IMG/VR virus record: IMGVR_UViG_3300032307_000117
Coordinates: 1 to 64,000 of that record
Reading direction: 5' to 3' (one strand)
Length of the DNA: 64,000 nucleotides
Origin: a virus
A model generated the notes under the pieces. The model was not told where the DNA came from. It saw only the letters and a program-made list of their open reading frames with translations, and did no database searches. Both the position numbers and the translations under genes were made by a program. Below, one piece after another: positions 32,601 through 40,390 of the stretch. Within the stretch, counting starts at the first letter, position 1. The number at the start of each line of letters is the position of its first letter.

Positions 32601-35344
32601 AGTTGTCCAGCTGATGCGCCTCGCATTGGAGCAATCTGGAATGTGCCTCGGCCACCTGAGCTTTTTGCTCTATAGTAATCCATCAGGATATCACCAGGGT
32701 ATGCAGAAGACCTTCTTGCAACAGAACCCTTAGTTATAAGATCTATATCTCCATACATACCCAAAGATTTATCTGTTGGCTTTCTGGTAAGGGCATTAAA
32801 GTTTCTTCCCTTAATTCCAAACAGTGAATTAACTATTGACTGAAGAACAGAAGTTTTTGCATATCCGTATGTAGGCCTAGCAGATCCTGAAGTAGTCTTG
32901 GGATCTAGACCAAAAACATCGGACTCCATTTTTGCACGAAGCTTTTGCTGCTTTGGGTTTTGGCGACCATACTTTGTGAGGTAATCTGCCCCGCTTTGTG
33001 TGTCAAATGCGCTTTGATATCTTGCATTCTTTCCTTGTGACTGTAGAGCACTTATAAAGTTTCCTGAACCCATCCTTACAGCAACTCTGGATTTACCTAG
33101 CATCGATGCAAATGGATTTCGTCCAAAAGCAAAGCCAGGAACGTTGTCGGCAATAAGAGATGAAATAATTCCACTGTACTTTTGGGATTGTCTTGCAGGA
33201 ATAACTGCTTCTCCTGGTGAAAGCATGGCTGGCACAACATCTCCAGCCCCCTTAGGACCTGGAACAGAAAGAATTCCACGTGCATATCCTGGTATGCCAT
33301 CAATGGTTCCCTGTGGTGACTGAGCTCTTCTGCCTCCAGGAATTCTAGTTATTGGCGGTGCAATAGAAATTCTTTGATTTGCGGCAGCCGCATTCATTGC
33401 TAGCTGTGCTCTAGTTGCTGCCTGATAAACTCCAATTAGCTGAGTTAGGGCTGCTGCCTCAGAAGTGAAGGTTTGCTTAAGCATTGCATGAGATTGATTC
33501 AAAGATGCTGCTACGGCTGCTGCTTCCAGCTGCTCTTGGGTCATGTATTGGGTTGCAGATCCTAGCTCTGTAGAAGACCCAGACAATCTTTGATAGAATA
33601 ACCTTAAGGCATTAAATCCCTTTGCCAGGTTTGCAACACCGTTGGCAACTAGACCTATAGTCATAAGAGCCGCTGGCGCAATTAATCCCAATGTTGTAAT
33701 AAGTCCAGTTACAAAGGCTTTTCCGCCTTCGCTCATATTGTTAAACTGTTTTAGTAGCGATGTTCCAAAATCAATAATTGGTGTAACAAGCTTAATAAAC
33801 TGTTCTCCAAATGGGGCAAGAGATGCCTGAAGATCTTCCATTGCTTTCTTAAACTTGTAAGCTGGAGAATCCTCTAGTCTCTTTAATTCTCGCTCTGAAA
33901 GTATCGCAAGCTCTTCTGCGGTTGCCTTAGATAGCTGAAGAACACGGCTTGCCTGATTTCCTTGTCCAATTACGTTTTGAAATAGTGTTGAAATACGTGA
34001 AAATTGGAACTTACCGAATAGCTGCTCAATTGCTCTAGCACGGTTTAGAGGATCTAGCGTATCCAATGCATTAGCAAAATCAATGACTAGACCTTTTACG
34101 TCGCCCTTATTTGACTCTACAATATTTTTTACATTTATTCCAAATTGAGCCAGCATTTCTGCAGCTTTGCCAGTTGGATTAATTAAAGAGGCAAGACCAG
34201 ACTTAAGTGCGTTGGCACCTTCAGAGGCATTAATTCCACCTTCTTTCATGGCGGTTAGGAAAAATGCTAAGTCCTCGACGTCTCCACCCAGCTGTTGAAC
34301 TACTGGACCAGCTTTTGGAATGGCAATAGTTAAGTCTTCAATACTTACAACAGTTTGGTTTTCAACAGCGTTAAGAAAGTCTGTTTTTCTTGCAAGATCT
34401 TCGGTTGCAACACCAAAAGCACTAGTTAAAGATATTGTAGTTTTTAGTGCTTCTTGCTGTTCTACCCCACCCAAAACGGCAAGTCTTGTTGCCTCTGCAA
34501 CCTGAGCTGTTAATCCTGCGCCCATTTGACCCATTGCTGCAGCATCGGCTGCTAGCTCCATAGTCTTTTCTACGGCAACACCATATTTTGTAAACTCATT
34601 TGCAAGGTCTCTAATACCAGCCAAAGCCTTTTCTGTTTCAGCAGTGGTTGTAAACATTTCACCATAAACACGTCTAAAACGAATTGCCTGCTCTTCGAGC
34701 TTCATAAATGTCTTAGAGGCAACAGTCCCAAGCATTGTAAGAGGAATAGTAAAACCAACCATAAGCTGGCGACCAGCCCACTGAGTATTTTTACCCCAGT
34801 TTAAAAGATTTGTAGATCCTTGCTTTACAAGCTGATTGAATAGTTGCTGCTTCTGAGCAGTCATGGCTGTCTGGGTAGCCAAGTTATTCATATCTAGAAC
34901 AAGTGGTCTAACGTTAATTGCCTGAAGGGCACCGCTAGCATCACGACCCATCTTAATGTATTGGGTCTGAAGAGTCTTTACTCTTTCTCTAGATACCTTT
35001 TCAATTGTGTCAAACTCGGATCTGAATAGTCGTCCGAATGTTTTTGTAGATGCCCCAGCGTACCTAAAGTACTCTCCCATAGAGAGCTTGTTCTTTTCCA
35101 GGGCATTGGTAAAAGATTCTGTAGTGCTTTTTATTGTAGAAAGATTGGCAGAAAACTTGCCAGTAGCATTAATAGAGTCAACAAGACTCTTCTGCATGTT
35201 TCTGGACATAGCAGCATTAGCTGCATTTCCAGATGCTTGCATTTGTGTGTGAAAGGCCGAAATCTGACGCTGCAGATTTTTAATACTTGCCAGAGCTGAC
35301 GAAGTATCAATATCTATTCTAATATTGGCTTCAGAATCAGCCAT
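26687..35344 (-). CDS. tape measure protein with embedded globular cargo domains
   Basis: 2885 aa after the tail chaperones; TP901-like core (IPKAGPVVQQLGG...GANALKSGL), hydrophobic segments, coiled coils, repeated DxVPAMLxPGE motifs. Confidence 0.92.
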   Translation of the reverse strand: MADSEANIRIDIDTSSALASIKNLQRQISAFHTQMQASGNAANAAMSRNMQKSLVDSINATGKFSANLSTIKSTTESFTNALEKNKLSMGEYFRYAGASTKTFGRLFRSEFDTIEKVSRERVKTLQTQYIKMGRDASGALQAINVRPLVLDMNNLATQTAMTAQKQQLFNQLVKQGSTNLLNWGKNTQWAGRQLMVGFTIPLTMLGTVASKTFMKLEEQAIRFRRVYGEMFTTTAETEKALAGIRDLANEFTKYGVAVEKTMELAADAAAMGQMGAGLTAQVAEATRLAVLGGVEQQEALKTTISLTSAFGVATEDLARKTDFLNAVENQTVVSIEDLTIAIPKAGPVVQQLGGDVEDLAFFLTAMKEGGINASEGANALKSGLASLINPTGKAAEMLAQFGINVKNIVESNKGDVKGLVIDFANALDTLDPLNRARAIEQLFGKFQFSRISTLFQNVIGQGNQASRVLQLSKATAEELAILSERELKRLEDSPAYKFKKAMEDLQASLAPFGEQFIKLVTPIIDFGTSLLKQFNNMSEGGKAFVTGLITTLGLIAPAALMTIGLVANGVANLAKGFNALRLFYQRLSGSSTELGSATQYMTQEQLEAAAVAASLNQSHAMLKQTFTSEAAALTQLIGVYQAATRAQLAMNAAAANQRISIAPPITRIPGGRRAQSPQGTIDGIPGYARGILSVPGPKGAGDVVPAMLSPGEAVIPARQSQKYSGIISSLIADNVPGFAFGRNPFASMLGKSRVAVRMGSGNFISALQSQGKNARYQSAFDTQSGADYLTKYGRQNPKQQKLRAKMESDVFGLDPKTTSGSARPTYGYAKTSVLQSIVNSLFGIKGRNFNALTRKPTDKSLGMYGDIDLITKGSVARRSSAYPGDILMDYYRAKSSGGRGTFQIAPMRGASAGQLSSFERLGMPFGSNLTPGTKNQYTTNPRSPYVETYTPGGFGFAEIEKVIASNPAMAKQIKSELKSAGLGSIRVTGPGFIARLFKKLGVPGYSKGIASVPGGSQSGLFQGLMSGTIGAALALTDQDRAVFRDLNLTGSQQKKYSELLGYTYSGGRSYRTVPTSLAMFDAAGSADIGRQILAKLAQANIGSQDAASIMSDAANESKTQLGAQKTLRAIDSLILTANQSGTKLGSGVLKKSFREAMGIQAFSIKKEFAHIGSGTKISAAEALRLSDQGILKLSPSQKRALQTVADPNATMLDLKSGFGFDIENKEIGPDGKLVRLNAQMAEGQNSDGSIKYAKGADKDALLREFRRSGISKWDRSIIFGGGDPAALAPQTKMFDDTITKILDDLPQGTKVVDSEASARYLESKGVKAISMERIYDLAKKRLPAGTKDLQYIFKRSQTSPAEIRNKDLPGFKSKGLERKPIGIPMRPLAKQFPGSKENLEYAKSPNTNFFKAFFRRRGFAFNKGVVSVPGPKGAGDIVPAMLSPGEAVIPAQMSKKYAPLINSMIADNVPGYVKGKTAPGGTLPNTAEPVQVELTQKSSRGLAGNLKQGFGDAARRAIAAATGVRAPGTGTAPADLDPTEPATAGKRSMAGRVGGVGMLAGTAAMMYSMTGGPASDLAGMASLPLMMLPMIANKIGLALVAVGALAAGIIYLTTKLSDATKAGLEAGKSMAMTSEKLNEMSEITGKVTASQIAERQREKQLSGQGAKKREFGQNFLESQAGKKLLSDAEAMTTSGMSSAEVASSIASQLSYAIMQGAITDQQARSIAFGLSEKLGDYSISANIGGKLTQLFGPNGENLLNGDPIEISLAIQKDSLAQQNKAFDNSIELMKKNAEVSGGSVGNLIGAGIMTAVGAALTATGIGGLLGIGLISGGVAAAGATLGVEALGDQEENNKARGVAVQLGAEQIAQNQGLLDSLERQYDGQISQLEAEKEAATTRKERLAIEKQISDKIAERNAGLAKQKAANAAVFDSLVEQARIMGSGFTDSINLAIDSRFANATGAMKAAADLAKSSLAGLEQGDFKTTLQIGLASGEFDPVTISNLINANKESNGNISSKFNLMVKAVGTADSNQVIQLLNAAGVEGKEYEAVFSLVTKDKADIDYNLKALAELNSMQSEYGIGVEITAENTEVIGNLVKDTKGLPKEVTQTVLTNFISTMPAGPSKGILESVLANWDVLSGGKKTMNAELIVDFAIGKYNQTAVDAWYYTVGPGKNIRSETAMSRITAEQRMAAFLGQPSETDGGTGTNTEGETTTTGAGAKKTTWIDDTLKKLKNLTNASINANGGLKELKRVIDGTKLNVFDGLGQKLAKAGISEAFADELMGMGKDARKKFVQIGKDGTAILTKAGKRREAAYARIAVGEFGLNQARTIQETKDQTVAVNRLVAAGLSLEEAYNAVENAGVAAALAGKQISESALTKLIADTKAATAATKEFQNVASVQIAAQDANNLAKAANALEKSSYSFAERQAILSDSALTELFLSGKNQKLLQARVKQILNPEFLQGLFDEGFNAAMNAISVKERKIELDFEVKTQPDLKIIDAAQNDIDKISFTIDDLQAGIKEIADQEDVVNKKYADRSKALSEIKEINSDLVAQQKAQLTVADALSRGDIAAAAKAAQDLRATQAQTSIDAQQKALELSKEKELATLVSSNGKTRKQLEDEIKKLQDEIFAIEEKRLEPAQERIRLADIEKQALIDSVTVLDKTRLAWQQIESEIENSRIGSTRYTESISNAIAMVESLKTAWKNATPGETQVDVPLVSQGTGAQAPVAGQPNAEFKGTRPGPDHDGKKKGEVWVGPNATWKWDGKKWNKISNVGKVNAAKFNQGGYVAKMFAGGGLANVKFAKGGTDIVPAMLTPGEFVMRKYAVENFGLDNMKAINNGTYSGESVYNYSINVNVQTDANADQIARNVMTQIKRIDSQRIRGNRF
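30925..33290 (-). repeat. two ~55-codon repeat units within the TMP (about 33135-33290 and 30925-31093); partial copies near 32310-32345 and 26870-26945
   Basis: GILSVPGPKGAGDVVPAMLSPGEAVIPARQSQKYSGIISSLIADNVPGFAFG vs GVVSVPGPKGAGDIVPAMLSPGEAVIPAQMSKKYAPLINSMIADNVPGYVKG. Confidence 0.9.
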
Positions 35345-35367
35345 TCACTAGCACCTCTTTGTTGTTT

Positions 35368-35688
35368 TTACTTAAGATTGTTTAGCAAAGCTGCATCTGT
35401 AAGATTAATTCCAGATGCCTCTTCTACAATCTTATACACAGTTGGAAGGTCTAGAAGCTCTTCCAAAGCTGCTGCATCAGCTGCCAACTCTGGCTTGTAC
35501 TGCTGCATAGCAATCTGTACACATTCCATCAGTAGGCTCATCGACTTCTCGTTGTCCTCTGCCACCTTTGCAATGCCCTCAAACTTGGACATGAATGGAC
35601 GCAGTAGAGAAATCTTTAGTGGGCGAACTGCCACCTTTGTTCCATCAATTAGTGTAATTGTCTTTTCTTCATTTACTGTTGTAGCCAT
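35368..35688 (-). CDS. tail assembly chaperone, short (G-like)
   Basis: Between major tail and TMP; paralogous to the N-half of 35715..36410. Confidence 0.75.
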   Translation of the reverse strand: MATTVNEEKTITLIDGTKVAVRPLKISLLRPFMSKFEGIAKVAEDNEKSMSLLMECVQIAMQQYKPELAADAAALEELLDLPTVYKIVEEASGINLTDAALLNNLK

Positions 35689-35713
35689 TTTTTCCTCTCA
35701 TATGGTTGATTAA

Positions 35714-35722
35714 ATTATACCA
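35714..35722 (-). promoter_or_regulatory. extended -10 promoter for the short chaperone and TMP
   Basis: TGGTATAAT then GAGAGG SD. Confidence 0.6.
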
Positions 35723-36410
35723 CAGTTGCACTCTTTTTGTCTATCTTTTCATAGCTTAGCCCCATGCCAATGCCGAAGCCAGCCTTCTGGGCTCCTACCC
35801 CTTGCAGGGCGACAACGTCATTTGGATCCTTTGTGGTTCCACCACTAAAGACCTTTGCCTTCATCTGTTCCCATGCGTTAGAGCTCTTCTTGTTGTCTTT
35901 ATCTATGTCAACTCCCTGAATGGCAGCCAAAAACTTTTTTTCTTGATAGTCTAGCTCTCTTTTAGATTCTAGGGTGGCCATTAATTCTGGCATAGATAGC
36001 GATGACTCTAGTTGTTCATAGTCTTTCCAGATACCCAGCAAGAATGCCTCTGCCTCTAGCTTTGCCAGGTCAAGGGTTTCCCATGTAGAACCACTCTCTA
36101 CGGCCTGGTCTTTAACAGTTTCTTCAGAATCTGGCTTTACCTTGATTCCAGCGGCTACCTCTATGATCTTATAAATAGTGTGAATATCGGCATTGTCTTC
36201 TAGGTCAAACCTGTCTGGGGTATATTGCTTCATAGCTATTTTTGCACATTCCGTCAAAAATAAAACAGCTTGACTGTCATTACTTGCATTTTTTACAAAC
36301 TCAAACAGCTCCATAAATTCTCTAAGATATTTAATCTTTAGTGGAGTTAGGCTAACTTCCGTGCCGTCCATAAGAGTTATGCTCTCAACGTCATATATTT
36401 TAGTAGCCAT
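35715..36410 (-). CDS. tail assembly chaperone, long (GT-like, in frame)
   Basis: G-like N-half plus a C-half (WKDYEQLESSLSMPEL) resembling a T moiety. Confidence 0.7.
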   Translation of the reverse strand: MATKIYDVESITLMDGTEVSLTPLKIKYLREFMELFEFVKNASNDSQAVLFLTECAKIAMKQYTPDRFDLEDNADIHTIYKIIEVAAGIKVKPDSEETVKDQAVESGSTWETLDLAKLEAEAFLLGIWKDYEQLESSLSMPELMATLESKRELDYQEKKFLAAIQGVDIDKDNKKSSNAWEQMKAKVFSGGTTKDPNDVVALQGVGAQKAGFGIGMGLSYEKIDKKSATVV

Positions 36411-36416
36411 CTAACC

Positions 36417-36446
36417 ATTATAACAAAAATAAGGCTACCCAGTCAA
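36417..36446 (-). promoter_or_regulatory. leaderless promoter overlapping the major-tail terminator
   Basis: TTGACT-N18-TATAAT (TGTTATAAT), ATG 6 nt downstream. Confidence 0.6.
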
Positions 36447-36468
36447 CAAATGACCGAATAGCCTTATC
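36425..36468 (-). terminator. intrinsic terminator after the major tail gene
   Basis: ATAAGGCTATTCGGTCA-TTTGT-TGACTGGGTAGCCTTAT followed by TTTT. Confidence 0.75.
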
Positions 36469-36481
36469 TTTATTAGTTTTA

Positions 36482-37120
36482 TTACGAAGCAGCAGGAATG
36501 GTGCGATCTACGATCTTACCATATGATGCGTTATCGTTTGGAAGCAGACGGAAAGAAACCTCGAACATGGTTGGTTCGTCACGCTTAGCAGATACTGTAA
36601 CACTCTCAATTGAAAGCGCACGGTATGCGGCGTAGACTCTTTCGATCTGGTCACCTAGAGCACAGTCTCCTGTACCAGGACCAACAGCCACTAGACCACG
36701 CTCTACTGGACATTCTCCAATGTCACCAGCAGATAGGTTTAGGGTTGGGTTGCCACCAACGGTAGTCAAGTCTTCGTCCTGACCAGCTAGTGAGAATAGC
36801 AAGTTTTCCAATGTTGCCTCAGCAAATGCTGTGTTTAGGTTAACCTGCATACCCTGCTTGTATAGCTTTGCAACGTCTAGAACCTGGTCGACCTGCACCT
36901 CACCAAAATCAGGCTGGAAAACAATTTCCAAACCGTTCATGGTGTAACCAACGTTTCTGAAGTCTGCGTCGTCAGAAAGTGTAGTTCTGTACGATACATC
37001 GTCAACGTAGCTTGGCAAGTCTGCTTCGGTAAGCTGTGAAGCTCCTCCAACAGGCTCGTATGTAAAAAGTGCAGCTGCACCAACAATGATGTTTGCACTT
37101 GAACCACGTGTATATGCCAT
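36482..37120 (-). CDS. major tail protein
   Basis: NIIVGAA, VGYTMNG, AEATLENL; strong SD; followed by terminator and chaperones. Confidence 0.85.
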   Translation of the reverse strand: MAYTRGSSANIIVGAAALFTYEPVGGASQLTEADLPSYVDDVSYRTTLSDDADFRNVGYTMNGLEIVFQPDFGEVQVDQVLDVAKLYKQGMQVNLNTAFAEATLENLLFSLAGQDEDLTTVGGNPTLNLSAGDIGECPVERGLVAVGPGTGDCALGDQIERVYAAYRALSIESVTVSAKRDEPTMFEVSFRLLPNDNASYGKIVDRTIPAAS

Positions 37121-37201
37121 ATTTTTTCACCTCTTTTTCTTTAATAGATTAAAGGCGTGTTTCCTCATGTATAAGTATACACCCATTTATGAAAGGATTA
37201 T

Positions 37202-37810
37202 TTAAGATATTGGCGCTGAATAGTGCCAGTCATAGTCTACAATTATCTTGTTTCCAGCATAGGTTCTGGCTGTACCAAAGTCAATAATATCCCTGGTTTC
37301 TTCTAGCTGGTAGATCTTAATTTCGTGGAAAAACGGTAGCAAAAAGTCTTTTGCGGATGGTCCAGAGCCAAAAGTAACGACTTTAAAGGTTTCGTTTTGT
37401 CCAGTAACAACGTTTGCAACCTGGGTTGTCTTTTTGCCCTGAGCAATGTGAATGTTAGCAATCCAAGAGTTTAGCTCTTGAGCTGATTCGTCTCCTCTGT
37501 CCAACAGATCCATAACTAGCTGAGATGTCTCGATAAGCTCTTCTGGGGTATCCTGCATTTTGTAGAAGTAGTAGAGTAGTTGCTCTCTTTTAATGTGTGG
37601 GAAGGCTGTTCTTCTCATCTTAAACATTCTGTCATATACCGCAAATAATCCGCTTCCGTTTGGAAATGACTCTGTTAGTGCATTAATGTCTGTTGGACTT
37701 GTTGGGAAAAATGGAAGACTTACGTCCCGTCCAGTCTGAGCACCAAAGTAGCCACTAACCTTTTCAGAAAGATAGTTGTTTATAAAAACTGGTGGGTAAT
37801 GAATAGCCAT
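37202..37810 (-). CDS. tail terminator-like protein
   Basis: Synteny: directly before the major tail gene. Confidence 0.55.
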   Translation of the reverse strand: MAIHYPPVFINNYLSEKVSGYFGAQTGRDVSLPFFPTSPTDINALTESFPNGSGLFAVYDRMFKMRRTAFPHIKREQLLYYFYKMQDTPEELIETSQLVMDLLDRGDESAQELNSWIANIHIAQGKKTTQVANVVTGQNETFKVVTFGSGPSAKDFLLPFFHEIKIYQLEETRDIIDFGTARTYAGNKIIVDYDWHYSAPIS

Positions 37811-38487
37811 TATATCTCCAAACCTGCATTAGCTATCCAGCGATAGCCTGTTGATATTCCCTTGGATTTACCTATTCTACTGCCACTTCTCATATCTTTC
37901 TTAAATACTTCTGCATTAGAAAGGTACCGCCCAATTCCGCTAGAGCTTAGGAATGCCTGGGTAAAATAATTCCTAAAGAAATCATCAAATGTTCTTTGGA
38001 AGCTGCCTTCTACGTTATCTCCACCAGGATTTGAAACAGATATTGGTTTTCTTGTAAAGACCTGTTCACCGTTATCGTCAAAAGCTAGGACCTCTGATCG
38101 TCTAGGACTAATTGTAACACCAATACCATTTTCCATTATTGCTGCCTTGTTATAAAATGGAACATTTGACCCCATCTTAACAGAGGTAGACTGTCTAAAG
38201 TTAGACTTTAGTGATAGGCCTAGCCCACTCACAGTATAGTTAATGTCAAATAGTCTAGCATCTGGGCTTCCAGTTCTAGACCACTCGTATACGTGATGCA
38301 AGGCTTCTGGATTTACTCTAGCATTAGCGTCTATAAATTGCTGCAAAATTTGTACGGTATTCTTACCTATATTATTAAGAAGCTCATTCTTGCCAAGCTT
38401 TATTCCATCTAAGAATCCAATAGAGTAGTTCATGATATTGTTCATATCTTTCATAAACTTTCTAGAGTCAATCTTTGATTTCATCAT
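37810..38487 (-). CDS. neck/tail completion protein
   Basis: Synteny in the head-tail module. Confidence 0.55.
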   Translation of the reverse strand: MMKSKIDSRKFMKDMNNIMNYSIGFLDGIKLGKNELLNNIGKNTVQILQQFIDANARVNPEALHHVYEWSRTGSPDARLFDINYTVSGLGLSLKSNFRQSTSVKMGSNVPFYNKAAIMENGIGVTISPRRSEVLAFDDNGEQVFTRKPISVSNPGGDNVEGSFQRTFDDFFRNYFTQAFLSSSGIGRYLSNAEVFKKDMRSGSRIGKSKGISTGYRWIANAGLEI

Positions 38488-38930
38488 AGCGTTGCCGCCT
38501 GATTCTCTGATCTACGAATAACTATCTTGTAGTATTCTGTTGATCCAAATGGACCTACAAATGGCTCTACTGTGGCGACTTCAAATATAGTTGACTTTCC
38601 AGTTCTTGGACCAGAAGTTTCTAGATAAATCTCATTGTCATTCTTGTCCCTGATGTTAGTGACAATAATGTTTGTTATTGCATTTTTAGAGTCCCTGGCT
38701 GAAATACGGATGTCGGTTTTTGCTCTTCCAAGAAGGACCGAGTTTTCAATAATTGCCCTGTTTGGCTTTACTTCTTGAGCCCAGTCTGTACCAGCAGTAG
38801 TAAAGCTAGAGGCTATTGTTCTGTCGTGCATCCATTCTTTTTGTACAGATCCATAGGCATTCTGAGAAATGGTTGGATAAAAGATATCTGCCTTCATGGG
38901 GAACATGAAGTCTGGAGTTTCGCAAATCAT
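38484..38930 (-). CDS. head-tail stopper-like protein
   Basis: Synteny; NAYG motif; beta-rich. Confidence 0.55.
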   Translation of the reverse strand: MICETPDFMFPMKADIFYPTISQNAYGSVQKEWMHDRTIASSFTTAGTDWAQEVKPNRAIIENSVLLGRAKTDIRISARDSKNAITNIIVTNIRDKNDNEIYLETSGPRTGKSTIFEVATVEPFVGPFGSTEYYKIVIRRSENQAATL

Positions 38931-39841
38931 TATAGAACTCCAATTTTACGAATAGACTTTATATACTTAGAAAGTATCTTGTCTACAATAAGGTTTCCTG
39001 TCCCCTCAAACGATTGCTTGTCAAACTGAATCTTAAATTGATCTGTATTGTAGGATGAGACGTATCTCTTGTAATATTCTAGCTTTCCGCATTCAATGTC
39101 ATCTATAAGAAGCTGGGTTGCTCTTGCAATGTCTGATGGGACTGCGTATACCCCAGCCTCAAGGAATATCCTGTAGTCAAAAGTGTGTGGGAATCCTCTA
39201 CGTCCAAAGTATGCTAGGTCTACATAGTCTGATGGAGAAGCTGGAAGCTCTAGTGGAGCACCCTCTCTTCTATTAAAGGTTCCAGTGTAGTCTTCCACAA
39301 TGGCTGTTTTGTCATCTGAAATCTTGTAAAGCGTTCTGGATGTTTCTGGGCTAAGTGCGTCGAATACCAAAACATTGTTTTCGTATACTTTTAAAATCTT
39401 TTTTGCGTCTACCCAAACTGGGATATAGTCCAATCCAAGACCAGTGGTCTCTAGGACAACCTTCTTGAGATAGAATCCGTCTGGAACTATTGAGTCTATG
39501 ACTGCCCTAGCCAATTCTTCCTTTTCGGCAAATGCCGCTATTTCTGATGGCAACTCTGCCTTTGTAGCTGGATCAATGTACGGCCTAACTAGCTCTACAG
39601 TTTCGTCTATAAGTATTGATGAGTCTGGAGCAAATATTCTCACTCTATAAGAGTTGTCATATTCTCCTGGCAAAACGACAACTATTTTTTGTCCAGTTGA
39701 TTTTGTAGATGTTGTAGAGGTTTCTGACAAGTCCGCCATATCAGTTACGGTAATCTTAAATTCTGCATTGGTGTATCCAGCTGGTACTGTCAATGCTTCA
39801 AAATTAACGTCTAGATATGGCGAGACTCTCAGAATTTCCAT
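38930..39841 (-). CDS. head-to-tail adaptor
   Basis: AVPSDIARATQLL...TGNLIVDKILSKY, gp6/gp15-like C-terminus. Confidence 0.65.
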   Translation of the reverse strand: MEILRVSPYLDVNFEALTVPAGYTNAEFKITVTDMADLSETSTTSTKSTGQKIVVVLPGEYDNSYRVRIFAPDSSILIDETVELVRPYIDPATKAELPSEIAAFAEKEELARAVIDSIVPDGFYLKKVVLETTGLGLDYIPVWVDAKKILKVYENNVLVFDALSPETSRTLYKISDDKTAIVEDYTGTFNRREGAPLELPASPSDYVDLAYFGRRGFPHTFDYRIFLEAGVYAVPSDIARATQLLIDDIECGKLEYYKRYVSSYNTDQFKIQFDKQSFEGTGNLIVDKILSKYIKSIRKIGVL

Positions 39842-39844
39842 GTT

Positions 39845-40297
39845 TTACTTACCGAACTCTTTAGCAACTTCTTCTGGAGTTGCAAGTCTTATGTGACCAC
39901 GAGTTAGCCACTTTTCTGCAGCTGACTTCTTCACAATGTTGTAGCCAGTGTAAACTTTGCCAACTTCATTCCAGGTTACATTTCTGGTAGAATGAATGGC
40001 TACGGTTTCTTCTTTTGGCTCTTGCTTTTTGGCAGGCTTCTTTTCTGCCTTTTCTGCAGATGCTGAGCCAAACGCTCCGCTCTTTAGATTTACAATTCCA
40101 GATGACTTACGGGCAGCTGGAACTACCTTTTGTACTGAATCGATAACATTGTTTTCTTCGACTGCTGGCTTGACATCTTCAGAAATTGATGCGGTAATTC
40201 CTAGCTCTTCGGCTACTTCTTCTACCTTAGTTTCTGGAGCCTGAGCCAACTCTTCTTCAATTACTGGTTCATTATTTGTATTAATATCTTCAGACAT
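39845..40297 (-). CDS. hypothetical protein (acidic N-terminus, small C-terminal domain)
   Basis: AGGAGG SD; TGTTATAAT at 40319-40327. Confidence 0.7.
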   Translation of the reverse strand: MSEDINTNNEPVIEEELAQAPETKVEEVAEELGITASISEDVKPAVEENNVIDSVQKVVPAARKSSGIVNLKSGAFGSASAEKAEKKPAKKQEPKEETVAIHSTRNVTWNEVGKVYTGYNIVKKSAAEKWLTRGHIRLATPEEVAKEFGK

Positions 40298-40340
40298 AAA
40301 TACCTCCTATTTATATATATTATAACAGATTAATTAATAA

Positions 40341-40376
40341 TAAAGGGGCAGAGACCGTTAAGCCCCTGCCCCCTTA
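40341..40376 (-). terminator. intrinsic terminator after the capsid gene
   Basis: AAGGGGGCAGGGGC-TTAAC-GGTCTCTGCCCCTTT hairpin followed by a T/A tract. Confidence 0.75.
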
Positions 40377-40390
40377 AAAGGTTTTACAGA

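Noticed and set aside
37120-37202. Structured RNA upstream of the major tail gene
   Set aside because: Only a short AT-rich inverted repeat (CTTTAAT-CT-ATTAAAG); not enough to call an ncRNA or riboswitch.
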